The notes beneath the pieces were generated by a model that saw only the letters and a list, made by a program, of their open reading frames with translations, was not told where the DNA came from and ran no database searches. A program made the position numbers and the translations under genes. DNA of 62,841 nt, taken from Nitrospirota bacterium (lineage in GTDB: Bacteria > Nitrospirota > Thermodesulfovibrionia > Thermodesulfovibrionales > UBA9159). Numbering within the stretch: position 1 is the first letter of the stretch; the number at the start of each line of letters is the position of its first letter. Of the stretch, positions 37,504 to 48,248 are shown piece after piece. Location: the NCBI GenBank assembly GCA_037441365.1, contig JBBISG010000004.1, positions 1-62,841 on the forward strand, written 5' to 3'.

Positions 37504-39162
37504 ATGTCAACTATTCAGAGGATCCCTGCCTCGCCATGGAGGGCAATGATAGAGAGCGCATTTTATGCCAATTCTGTCAGAAAGACTACCATGTCCGAGC
37601 TCTATCGGCTGTCCTTAGGGCAGCCGGAGGTGGTCACTACATCTCACCCCTTTTATAAACCTGAACAGTTTGACCTTCCAGAAGATGCAAGGGTTTTGGT
37701 ATCAAATGATGGTGGCATTGTAGGCCGCACAGCGAGGGCAAGAAAGCTCGTCAGGAAGATGGGAAAGGAGAGGGATAAGTATCTAAGGATACTCGGTGAG
37801 GCGATATATCAGTTTAACAGAAGAGAGGGGCTATGGCTCGAGGCTATTGTGGGTTTACACCCCGATTTTATGGTTAAGGCGCATCTCCTGAGTCCTGTAA
37901 CAGATTCGAAGAATATGCTCGATTGGGGATTTAACTTTACGCCCTGGATGGAGCCATGGATCAAGGTATACCAGAATTCGAGAAAATTAAACGAGCCTGA
38001 CATCCTCGTCCTCGCCGATCCTGAATGGTCGCATCCTGAGTTTCCTCACGGCCTTGTGATAATTGACGAGGAAGAAAACTCTATTGCTATACTCGGGCTT
38101 CGCTATTTCGGTGAGAGGAAAAAGGGAACACTTACCCTTGCCTGGACCATAGGTGTCAGACACAATATGGTTGCCTGTCATGGTGGGATAAAAAAGATCG
38201 GCACTCACCCCCCAATTGCTGTCTTTGGCCTCAGCGGCTCTGGGAAGTCCTCCATAACAAACAGTCACGATCACGCCGGGACATTGAAAGAGAACGAAAA
38301 GGTTACCGTTATTCATGATGATGCCTTTCTCATAGACCTCGAAAACGATGTTTCCGTTGCTCTTGAACCGAGCCTGTTTGATAAGACAGACGCCGTCGTG
38401 TTCCAGGACCCTGCAATCAGGTTTTTCTATTCTGCGCAGAATGTGGCAGTAACCGAGCTTGCTGGCAAAAGGCTGATCGTGGCTGAAGATATCAGAAACG
38501 ACAACGGCCGCTGCATTAAATCCCGCGACATGTTTAACCATGCTGATTATTGCGAGAGGCCAGGAAAGGTTATCTGGCTTCAGAAGGACCCTTCCCTGCC
38601 TCCAATCTGCAAGATTTCCGATATAGGCCTTGCTGTTGCGATGGGGGCATCCCTGAGTACGATGAGGGCAAAGGGTGTAGAAAATGTCCCGAGAGAAGAA
38701 CTCGAAAAGCTTGTAATAGAGCCATTTGCCAATCCTTTCCGGGTACATCCTTTAACTGTAGACTGCCAGCAATTCAGAAAACTCTTTAAGCTCGGGACAG
38801 AGTGTTACATAATGAACACCCATGCCTTCGGAATGCCCGGAAAGGAGATAGATATCCCCAAGGAACTATCCCTCTCCATTGTGACAGAAATGGTAAGGGG
38901 AGAGATACAATGGAGGGAATGGAAGGTCTTCCCCGGCCTGATGATCCCTAAAAATGGCAATGAGCTATTTGGGAATGACTATGACAGGAAATATAAACCA
39001 CCAAGAGACCCTGAATACCTCCAGTTTCTCAGAAACAGGATGCAGGACCGTATAACTTACCTCTCCAATAAGAGGGATATAGAGCATGACATGGAGAGTT
39101 CCTTCATCGATCCCCTTGTCGTGGCAAGAACGGTCATTGACAAGATACTACATCCCATCTAA
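37504..39162 (+). CDS. phosphoenolpyruvate carboxykinase (ATP)-like protein
   Basis: YFGERKKG, CHGG, FGLSGSGKS P-loop, IHDD; start probably ATG 37504 after GGAGGAG. Confidence 0.75.
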   Translation: MSTIQRIPASPWRAMIESAFYANSVRKTTMSELYRLSLGQPEVVTTSHPFYKPEQFDLPEDARVLVSNDGGIVGRTARARKLVRKMGKERDKYLRILGEAIYQFNRREGLWLEAIVGLHPDFMVKAHLLSPVTDSKNMLDWGFNFTPWMEPWIKVYQNSRKLNEPDILVLADPEWSHPEFPHGLVIIDEEENSIAILGLRYFGERKKGTLTLAWTIGVRHNMVACHGGIKKIGTHPPIAVFGLSGSGKSSITNSHDHAGTLKENEKVTVIHDDAFLIDLENDVSVALEPSLFDKTDAVVFQDPAIRFFYSAQNVAVTELAGKRLIVAEDIRNDNGRCIKSRDMFNHADYCERPGKVIWLQKDPSLPPICKISDIGLAVAMGASLSTMRAKGVENVPREELEKLVIEPFANPFRVHPLTVDCQQFRKLFKLGTECYIMNTHAFGMPGKEIDIPKELSLSIVTEMVRGEIQWREWKVFPGLMIPKNGNELFGNDYDRKYKPPRDPEYLQFLRNRMQDRITYLSNKRDIEHDMESSFIDPLVVARTVIDKILHPI

Positions 39163-39173
39163 GAGGAGCTGTT

Positions 39174-39842
39174 TTGGATACTGCAAATATTTTGAGGCAG
39201 TTAGCCCTTTCAGCACTTCCAGTACTGGTAGCTATAACATTTCACGAGGTGTCCCATGGATTCATAGCAAATAGGCTTGGCGATCCAACTGCAAGAATGA
39301 TGGGCAGGCTTACGTTGAATCCCCTTGCCCATATCGATCTCTTCGGCACCATACTAATGCCTCTTCTGCTTCTTGTATTCACAAATGGCCAGTTTGTCTT
39401 TGGGTATGCAAAGCCTGTTCCGATTAACCCCATGAACTTTAAGAACCCGAGGCGTGACATGGCCATATCCGCTGCAGCAGGCCCGATCACTAATATCATC
39501 CTTGCCATGGCGTGCATCCTGACCATAAAATTAATCATCATGCCTTTATCCACCATTCTGTCTGAACCCTTCACAGACAAGGTCTTATTGCCAGTAGCCC
39601 TTATGCTAAAGTCAGGCATTATAATCAATGTTGTCCTTGCATCCTTTAACATGATCCCGATCCCGCCCCTCGATGGCGGGAGGGTCCTCGTAGGGCTCTT
39701 GCCTAACAGGCAGGCCATTTCTTACAGCAGGATAGAAACATTCGGTTTCTTCATAGTTATCGTACTCATTGTCACAGGCATAGCAGGTTACTTTGTGATA
39801 CCAATGGTAAATTTTTTCTTGAGCATACTTGGGATGTTCTAA
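39174..39842 (+). CDS. site-2 protease (M50)
   Basis: HEVSH, AAGP, FNMIPIPPLDG. Confidence 0.92.
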   Translation: MDTANILRQLALSALPVLVAITFHEVSHGFIANRLGDPTARMMGRLTLNPLAHIDLFGTILMPLLLLVFTNGQFVFGYAKPVPINPMNFKNPRRDMAISAAAGPITNIILAMACILTIKLIIMPLSTILSEPFTDKVLLPVALMLKSGIIINVVLASFNMIPIPPLDGGRVLVGLLPNRQAISYSRIETFGFFIVIVLIVTGIAGYFVIPMVNFFLSILGMF

Positions 39843-40002
39843 CTCAAATGGATGTCGAAAGGGCAGGCGGGGACCTGTCCTACCTCTGGCTTTATTATAT
39901 AATAGTAGATGGTTATCGATGCTGTCCAGGAATACACACAAACTGCCTGCTGATAGGCAGAGGCTTTCTAACCCCCTTGGAGAGGACTGAAAGGAGATCA
40001 CA

Positions 40003-40989
40003 ATGGATAGAGTTCTGAGCGGAATGCAGGCAAGCGGGAAGCTCCACTTAGGCAATCTTGTCGGTGCGCTCCAGAACTGGGTGAGGCTTCAGGGGCAGTA
40101 CGAATGCTATTATTTTGTTGCTGACTGGCATGCTCTCACAACAGGCTATGCAAATCCCGAGGCGATAAAGGAGTCTACCCGGGACCTCCTCATAAATTTC
40201 CTCGCCGCAGGCCTTGACCCTGACAGATGCACAATATTCATCCAGTCCCTGATACCCGAGCATGCAGAACTACACCTTCTTCTGTCGATGATAACACCTG
40301 TTGGATGGCTTGAGCGTGTCCCGACATACAAGGAGAAACAACAGGAATTAAAAGACAGGGACCTGTCAAACTATGGATTCCTCGGCTATCCAGTGCTTCA
40401 GTCCGCGGATATACTTATCTACCGAGCAAGATATGTCCCTGTAGGCATAGACCAGTTCCCGCATCTTGAGATAACGCGGGAGATTGCGCGGAGGTTTAAT
40501 TACCTCTACAGAGAGATCTTCCCTGAGCCAGAGGGCCTCCTCACAGAATTTCCAAAGGTTCCAGGGATTGACGGAAGAAAGATGTCCAAGAGCTATGACA
40601 ATGCCATTTATCTCTCAGACCCCCCTGACATCGTTGAACAGAAATTAAGGGCGATGGTGACAGACCCTGCCCGGAAAAGGAGAACAGATCCCGGAGAGCC
40701 TGAACTATCTCCGGTATTCCAGCTCCATAAGATCTTTTCCTCGAAGGAAGAGCAGGATGAGGTCGCTCATGGCTGCAGGACTGCGGGCATAGGCTGTATT
40801 GACTGCAAGAAAGTCCTGATAAGGAATATCTTTAAGGTGATGAACCCACTATGGGAAAGACGGAAGGAGTTTCTCGACAACCCCGACATCCTGCATGATA
40901 TTGTCAGGGGAGGCACTGAAAAGGCAAAAGGGGTTGCACAGGAGACGATGGAGTTTGTGAGGGATGCCATGGGAGTGGGGAGATTCTGA
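40003..40989 (+). CDS. trpS: tryptophan--tRNA ligase
   Basis: HLGN, YPVLQSADI, VPVGIDQ, KMSKS. Confidence 0.97.
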   Translation: MDRVLSGMQASGKLHLGNLVGALQNWVRLQGQYECYYFVADWHALTTGYANPEAIKESTRDLLINFLAAGLDPDRCTIFIQSLIPEHAELHLLLSMITPVGWLERVPTYKEKQQELKDRDLSNYGFLGYPVLQSADILIYRARYVPVGIDQFPHLEITREIARRFNYLYREIFPEPEGLLTEFPKVPGIDGRKMSKSYDNAIYLSDPPDIVEQKLRAMVTDPARKRRTDPGEPELSPVFQLHKIFSSKEEQDEVAHGCRTAGIGCIDCKKVLIRNIFKVMNPLWERRKEFLDNPDILHDIVRGGTEKAKGVAQETMEFVRDAMGVGRF

Positions 40990-40998
40990 CCGTGAGAT

Positions 40999-41841
40999 TC
41001 ATTGTCCGAGGAACATCTCCTCTGCATTCATCGAGCTTCTTACAAGCGGGGCTGATGCAACCCCTCTGAAGCCCATACTTATAGCGATATCCCGATACCT
41101 GTCAAATATCTCTGGCACAATATACTCTACAACTGGTAGGTTCTCCTTCGATGGCCTAAGATACTGGCCTATCGTCAGAAAGTCACAGCCCGTCGAACGT
41201 ATATCTTCTATAACCTCAACAACCTCATCAAATGTCTCACCAAGGCCAACCATAATACCTGATTTTGTATTTATCTCAGGGGCTAAAACCCTGGCATTTC
41301 TCAGGATATATAAAGAACGCCTGTAGTCTGCCTGCGGCCTTACAACAGGATAAAGCCTTTGCACCGTCTCGATATTATGATTGAAGACATCAGGGTTAGA
41401 GTCCAGAACTATTTTTAAAGAAGTAACATCACCTTTGAAGTCAGGCGTCAGCACCTCAACCCTTGAATCAGGCAAAAGACGCCTTATGGCCCTGACCGTC
41501 CTGGCAAAATGCAGTGCTCCCCCATCTGGAAGGTCATCCCGTGTCACTGATGTGAGCACCACATATCTTAAACCCATCTCCTGAGCAGCCATGGCAATCC
41601 TTTCAGGTTCATTGCTGTCAGGCTGCTGTGGCATAGATGATTCAACAGAGCAGAAACCACAGCTCCGTGTGCATTTCGAACCGAGGAGCATAAAGGTGGC
41701 TGTGGGTTTGGAAAAACATAAACCGATGTTCGGACATCTTGCCTCTTCGCAGACCGTGGAGAGTCCATGGCTCCTCAGAAACTGCTTGGTGCTATGAAGT
41801 CCTGCAAAGCCCTTTGTCTTTATCCATTCAGGGAGTCTCAC
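40999..41841 (-). CDS. lipA: lipoyl synthase
   Basis: CEEARCPNIGLC and CTRSCGFC, NHNIET, VRSS; likely start GTG 41841 (alternative 41865). Confidence 0.95.
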   Translation of the reverse strand: MRLPEWIKTKGFAGLHSTKQFLRSHGLSTVCEEARCPNIGLCFSKPTATFMLLGSKCTRSCGFCSVESSMPQQPDSNEPERIAMAAQEMGLRYVVLTSVTRDDLPDGGALHFARTVRAIRRLLPDSRVEVLTPDFKGDVTSLKIVLDSNPDVFNHNIETVQRLYPVVRPQADYRRSLYILRNARVLAPEINTKSGIMVGLGETFDEVVEVIEDIRSTGCDFLTIGQYLRPSKENLPVVEYIVPEIFDRYRDIAISMGFRGVASAPLVRSSMNAEEMFLGQ

Positions 41842-41995
41842 GTATATCTTCTTTGCCCCCTGCACCCATCCCTTCTCTATCCTGCTGTCTGACCCCTTTA
41901 TTAAATCGTTTCTGCCTCTTGTCTTCCTGCCTTTTCAGTCGTGAGAGTTCTCTCTTCCTTTTCTCGCTCTTATATACCCCAGCTCGTTTTGACAA
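41828..41995 (-). CDS. small basic hypothetical protein (55 aa)
   Basis: TTG start after AGGAGGA; MSKRAGVYKSEKRKRELSRLKRQEDKRQKRFNKG... Confidence 0.6.
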   Translation of the reverse strand: MSKRAGVYKSEKRKRELSRLKRQEDKRQKRFNKGVRQQDREGMGAGGKEDIRETP

Positions 41996-42228
41996 TTATG
42001 TCCTCCTCTTGATTTGATAAGGCATTATATCATGGAGAGGATAGAGAATGCCAAATCCCTGCAAAAGTGGGTATTGACTTTTTATTATTAAATGTGCCAT
42101 TCTTAATACACAAGTTTCAGAAGTTTTTGTATCTGATAAGGGCCACAAAGACTTTTAGCTTTGTGGCCCTTTTTGTTAGGAGAAGGGTAATTCTGGAACT
42201 TCAGTCTTAGCGTAAGGAGGTAAATAGG

Positions 42229-42429
42229 ATGACCAACGGAACTGTAAAGTGGTTCAATGAATCCAAGGGCTTTGGCTTTATTACAGGCGAAGACGGCAGC
42301 GATGTATTTGTCCACTATTCATCCATTCAGGGCAACGGGTTTAAATCCCTTGCCGAGGGTGATTCGGTCAGCTTTGAAACCGAAAAGGGCCCAAAGGGCC
42401 CAAAGGCAATCAATGTTGTTAAACATTAA
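42229..42429 (+). CDS. csp: cold-shock protein
   Basis: [22 protein letters not shown]. Confidence 0.97.
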   Translation: MTNGTVKWFNESKGFGFITGEDGSDVFVHYSSIQGNGFKSLAEGDSVSFETEKGPKGPKAINVVKH

Positions 42430-42440
42430 TTGACCGCACA

Positions 42441-42474
42441 CGGCCCCCTACAGTATGCAGGGGGCCGTGTATTT
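42441..42474 (+). terminator. hairpin after csp
   Basis: CGGCCCCCT/AGGGGGCCG stem followed by TGTATTT. Confidence 0.55.
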
Positions 42475-42483
42475 GAGGGGAAA

Positions 42484-42870
42484 ATGGCACACAAACAAAA
42501 TTATACAGCGAGGATGGAATTAAACAGACAGCACAGGCTATCTGCAGGGTTGCTTTCTGACCGTTTTCCTGATGTCTCAGCAGTGGTGATCCGTATGACA
42601 TACTACCAGAAAGGGATAAATCCTGTTCTTATGGAACGTACGGTTAATGTCCTTCCTTCAGATTCTGCCTATTTCAATATGGAATGCATGGTAAAGGATT
42701 GTGTGGACGGTGGTTTTGACCTCACCGCTGTGATTTCTGATATGGTAAAGGCCCATAAGAAGACAGAACGGGGAAAGCTCGTTTGTTCTGGCAAGGCAGA
42801 TACCATTGCCTCTGATCATGCAAGTATTGCATACGAAATCGGGATACAGTATAACAGACACCCTCGGTAG
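42484..42870 (+). CDS. hypothetical protein
   Basis: ATG 42484 after GAGGGG; C...C.DGGFDL and C motifs. Confidence 0.65.
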   Translation: MAHKQNYTARMELNRQHRLSAGLLSDRFPDVSAVVIRMTYYQKGINPVLMERTVNVLPSDSAYFNMECMVKDCVDGGFDLTAVISDMVKAHKKTERGKLVCSGKADTIASDHASIAYEIGIQYNRHPR

Positions 42871-42880
42871 GGCAATTCCA

Positions 42881-44068
42881 TTACCCTGCACCTTTTGATT
42901 TGCTTACCATCTCTATGACCTCTCGGAGAGGCATCTTAAATCTTTTAGCAATCCTTTTACAGTCTTCATATTCAGGACTGAATCTCACCGCACCATCATC
43001 CATCCTCGATAATTTCACCTTTACCTTTCCAAACCTCGTCTCCATCTCTCTGATCTCCCGCTTGAGGATTATTCTTGATGACTCATAAAATCTTACGCCG
43101 ATTGTTGTGGTCTCCCTGAACAGTATCCCGATAATATCTGTCTTTCTTCCCTCAGGGCACAATACTGTGAGCACGATACCAGGTCTGCCCTTTTTCATAA
43201 CTACCTGTGTGAGGTATACATCGAGGGCGCCTGCCTTGAAGAGCCTCTCCATAACATATTCGTATAACTGGGGGTTCATATCGTCTATATTTGTCTCAAT
43301 GATCAGGACACCTGGGGTCTCGATCGGGTCATGTTTCGATACATCATCTCCAAGGATTATTCTGAGTGTGTTAGGAAATCCCTTTATATCCCTCTGTCCA
43401 GCACCATAGCCTATATTCTTGATCTTCATCGAGGGTATATTATCAAAACCATCGGCAATCTCTTTCAATATGACAGCACCTGTTGGCGTTGTAAGTTCAT
43501 ATGGGATGCCTGAGAAGTAAACAGGCATATCCCTCAATATCTCTATAGTTGCAGGTGCTGGCACAGGCAGTCTGCCATGCTCTGTCTTCACAGAGCCACT
43601 GCCGAGATTGACTGCTGATGAGTAAACCCTATCAACCTCGAGGTGATCGAACCCTATCAGTGCGCCAAATATATCGACTATACAATCGACCGCCCCGAGC
43701 TCATGGAGATGGGTTTTACCAGGCGGCTCTCCATGAACCTTTCCCTCTGCCTCGAAAAGTCTTCTGAAGATCCTCAGCCCTCTTCGTTTCATCTCCTCAG
43801 AAAGCGTAGAGGCCTTTACAATCCCCCTGATATCCTTCCATGTCTTCTGCGAATGAACTGCACCGCCCCGACAGGTAATAATAACATCAACCTTTGTAGC
43901 GGTAATACCAGCCCTTTTAACCTCCTTTGCCTCGATCCTGTATCCCCTGAGCGGAAGGCCCCTCAGTCCTTTCTCGATCTTTCTCAAAGGGACGCCAGCA
44001 TCCACGAGGGCCCCGAGGCACATATCGCCGCTTATACCCGCCGAACAATCAAGATATGCTATTGTCAG
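42881..44068 (-). CDS. larC: nickel pincer cofactor biosynthesis protein LarC
   Basis: IAYLDCSAGISGDM, HLHELGAVD, ETNIDD, MKKGRPG, PEYEDC; start inferred at CTG 44068. Confidence 0.9.
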   Translation of the reverse strand: MTIAYLDCSAGISGDMCLGALVDAGVPLRKIEKGLRGLPLRGYRIEAKEVKRAGITATKVDVIITCRGGAVHSQKTWKDIRGIVKASTLSEEMKRRGLRIFRRLFEAEGKVHGEPPGKTHLHELGAVDCIVDIFGALIGFDHLEVDRVYSSAVNLGSGSVKTEHGRLPVPAPATIEILRDMPVYFSGIPYELTTPTGAVILKEIADGFDNIPSMKIKNIGYGAGQRDIKGFPNTLRIILGDDVSKHDPIETPGVLIIETNIDDMNPQLYEYVMERLFKAGALDVYLTQVVMKKGRPGIVLTVLCPEGRKTDIIGILFRETTTIGVRFYESSRIILKREIREMETRFGKVKVKLSRMDDGAVRFSPEYEDCKRIAKRFKMPLREVIEMVSKSKGAG

Positions 44069-44080
44069 GGCAACCCCCCT

Positions 44081-45007
44081 TTATAGGACAACAGTCCTTA
44101 CAGATAAACACCTTTTCCCCTGACGGGTATCCCTCAAGGCAAATCGTTGCTCTATATCCCTCAATATCTCCTGACGGCTCCTGCCCCATCTCGGTGCTAT
44201 AAGTATATCATCAGGCGCTGTAGCAAAGAGTCTCTGGAGGACTATATCCGGTGAGAGCCGCTCGATAAAGTCTACCACAAAGTCGAGATACTCCTCATAT
44301 CCAAAGACATGGAATGGCCTTTCCATATACATACCAGCGAGGGGCGTGTCTTTCACAACCTGAAGCTGATGGATCTTTAAGAAGCCTATTGGCAGCGTCG
44401 AGATCTCATCAGCCATTGATAGCATCTCCTCTGCCGTCTCTGTGGGAAATCCCACTATCACATGCGCCCCTATCTCAATTCCCCTGCCTGCTGTCATGTC
44501 CAGCGCATTAAGAAATGCCCTGTAGTCGTGACCCCTGTTAATGAAATCGAGGGATTTATCGTATATAGACTGGAGCCCATACTCTACAAGTATAAAGTGC
44601 CTTGATGCCATGGATTCAAGGAGGTCAAGTTTTTCCCGATCGATGCAGTCGGGCCTTGTGCCTATTGCAAGCCCTACAACCGATGTCTCCTTGATGGCCT
44701 CCGCATATAGCCGCTCAAGTTCTTCTACAGGTGCGTAAGTATTGGTGTATGGCTGAAAATAGACGATAAACCTCTCGGCCCTGTAGCGTTTCCTGAGATA
44801 GCTTATACCATTCTGGATCTGTTCTCTAACCGAAAGGGTTGGTCTGCAGGAGCTCGGCCTGAAACTGTCATTGTTGCAATAAATACAGCCAGAAACACCA
44901 AGCGTCCCATCCCTGTTAGGGCATGTAAAACCTGCATCCACATTAACCTTGTGGACTGATGTGCCGAACCTCTCCCTTACATAGTAACCGAAGGAGTAAT
45001 ACCGCAT
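44081..45007 (-). CDS. TIGR01212/YhcC radical SAM protein
   Basis: GFTCPNRDG..GCIYC, YFQPYTNTY, GTRPD. Confidence 0.9.
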   Translation of the reverse strand: MRYYSFGYYVRERFGTSVHKVNVDAGFTCPNRDGTLGVSGCIYCNNDSFRPSSCRPTLSVREQIQNGISYLRKRYRAERFIVYFQPYTNTYAPVEELERLYAEAIKETSVVGLAIGTRPDCIDREKLDLLESMASRHFILVEYGLQSIYDKSLDFINRGHDYRAFLNALDMTAGRGIEIGAHVIVGFPTETAEEMLSMADEISTLPIGFLKIHQLQVVKDTPLAGMYMERPFHVFGYEEYLDFVVDFIERLSPDIVLQRLFATAPDDILIAPRWGRSRQEILRDIEQRFALRDTRQGKRCLSVRTVVL

Positions 45008-45021
45008 GGCAAATTATCCTC

Positions 45022-45489
45022 TCAGAATATTCCCCCGTGTCCTGCAAACACGCCGAAAAAGACCGCCGCCAGGCTCGCACCGAGTATTATCCAGTGAAAT
45101 CGGGTCAGCATTGTAAAAATCTTTTCTGCGCCAAGCTTTTTAGTATCGCTGAAGACGATCTTGAATACTCTTTTCTCGAAGATGAGGACAAGGCTGTAAA
45201 AGGTCCATACGATAAGCATAATGGACACCCCGATGGTATACCTCGTAAATAGGAGTGTGTGCATGCCTTTAAGATAAAGGAGGAGAAAACCTGTAACGCC
45301 TGCTAACACCGCATAATACCGCGCATGCCTTGCAAATACGCTTTCCACGCGCTGAAACATCAGGACCTTCTCGAGCGATTCCTCCATCTTCAGAAGCATG
45401 GGGAAGATTACTATGGTCACAAAAGCAACCCCTCCTATCCATAAAACAACTATCGTGACATGTATAGCTGTCAACAAGGGTATCAACAT
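45022..45489 (-). CDS. four-helix membrane protein (CopD/DUF4149-like)
   Basis: H....LWIGG motif, 4 TM segments. Confidence 0.65.
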   Translation of the reverse strand: MLIPLLTAIHVTIVVLWIGGVAFVTIVIFPMLLKMEESLEKVLMFQRVESVFARHARYYAVLAGVTGFLLLYLKGMHTLLFTRYTIGVSIMLIVWTFYSLVLIFEKRVFKIVFSDTKKLGAEKIFTMLTRFHWIILGASLAAVFFGVFAGHGGIF

Positions 45490-45569
45490 CTTTGACTCCT
45501 TCTATTTGAATTTATTCATTATATCATGCATAGACATAATTAAGTTATGATTATCATCATGCGCTTCCA

Positions 45570-46304
45570 CTAATCAACAGCAGACCTTGCAAGGGTTGCC
45601 ACGACAACCTTTTCTGCCCCTGCCTTTATAAGGGTCTTCGAGCACTCCCTGACAGTTGCTCCGGTTGTCATAACATCATCCAGGAGGAGCAGCCGCATGC
45701 CTGTTAAATCTCCCCTTGCCCCAAAGGCATCCTTCAGATTGACAGCCCTTTCCATTGCCCTGAGACCTATCTGCGGTGCGGTATCTCTCTTTTTATACAG
45801 CACATCCATATAGAGGGGGATCTTAAGGTGCCTTGAAAGAAACCTTGAAAGCAGGAGTGTCTGGTTAAACCCCCGCTCCCTTAATGACTTTTTACTTAAA
45901 GGCACAGGAACTATGCCATCTACCTCGGGTACGGGAAGTTCATAAAGAAATCTTCCCAGCGGTGCTGCAAGTCGCCTGAGCCCTGAGAATTTCAAAAGAT
46001 GGATAGCCTCTCTGAGGCTGCCTGAATAAAGGCCGAAACTAAGGACATGCGAAAAAGGGGGGGTATGGGAAAGGCATTCTCCACACATCCCTGAATGTTC
46101 TGAGACGAGGGGGGCAGCGCAGACCCTGCAGGAGGGTCCTCTATATCTCTCTATCCCCTCCCAGCAGCCCATGCATATTGGTGCATACCTGACATCATCA
46201 GAGGGTTTGCTGCAGACAGGGCATATAGAGGGGTAAACCGTTGACAGAAGGGTAGATACTAACCTGTATCTGTTATATTTAAAGCTGCGCCACACCTTCC
46301 GCAC
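45570..46304 (-). CDS. comF: ComF family protein (double zinc ribbon + PRTase)
   Basis: Four CxxC, RGFNQ, LLDDVMTTGAT. Confidence 0.9.
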   Translation of the reverse strand: MRKVWRSFKYNRYRLVSTLLSTVYPSICPVCSKPSDDVRYAPICMGCWEGIERYRGPSCRVCAAPLVSEHSGMCGECLSHTPPFSHVLSFGLYSGSLREAIHLLKFSGLRRLAAPLGRFLYELPVPEVDGIVPVPLSKKSLRERGFNQTLLLSRFLSRHLKIPLYMDVLYKKRDTAPQIGLRAMERAVNLKDAFGARGDLTGMRLLLLDDVMTTGATVRECSKTLIKAGAEKVVVATLARSAVD

Positions 46305-46818
46305 TTCGGCCCTATTGAAAGCTTCTCTCTCATAACCCTGTTTTTAACATTACAACTCTGGCAGGTTATAATTATTGTTTCTGGTCCGCTATAGTATGCG
46401 CCTTCTGTCCTCTTTTCCCCATGGATCGGCCCCTGTTTTTCGTCTTCTGCCACTGAGCCAGAATTAGCGGCATCGGGTTCAAATGGCGTCTCTTCTGGTT
46501 TCTCAGAGCCGATAACAAACCTTCTCAGAAACTCAAGGTAGTTCTGGTCCCTCTCGATCAACTCTATCCCCATGCCATTCTTTAATGCTGTCAGGGGGGT
46601 CTTTATCGTCCTCCTAACTATGCCCTTAAGCCTGCACACCTTTTTTTCAGGCAGATATATCTCTATATCCAGAAAGCTGCCGGGGACAAGGCCGTGTTGG
46701 GTTCTTATAAAGAGGCCGCCATCCGAGAGGTCGCTGGTTATCCCCGTGAACCTCATCCCACCCGATGTAAATATGGTTTCAAGCCTCTTGGTAAATCTCT
46801 GGCATATCCTCTTTGCCA

Positions 46819-46819
<1 letters not shown>
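46259..46819 (-). CDS. PilZ-domain protein with C-terminal zinc finger
   Basis: RxxxR and DLSDGG PilZ motifs; CQSC..KNRV...PKCGRC. Confidence 0.8.
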
Positions 46820-48108
<1,289 letters not shown>

Positions 48109-48248
48109 TTAACTCCTTTTTATATGGATGCCATTCTGCGACAAACCCTTCAGACTACAGATTACTAACAAGGTCGAAAGTTTAAAGTTAAAAGTTTTAA
48201 AGTCGAGGACTTTTGACTTTCGACTTTTAACTGATCTGTAAACTGTCC

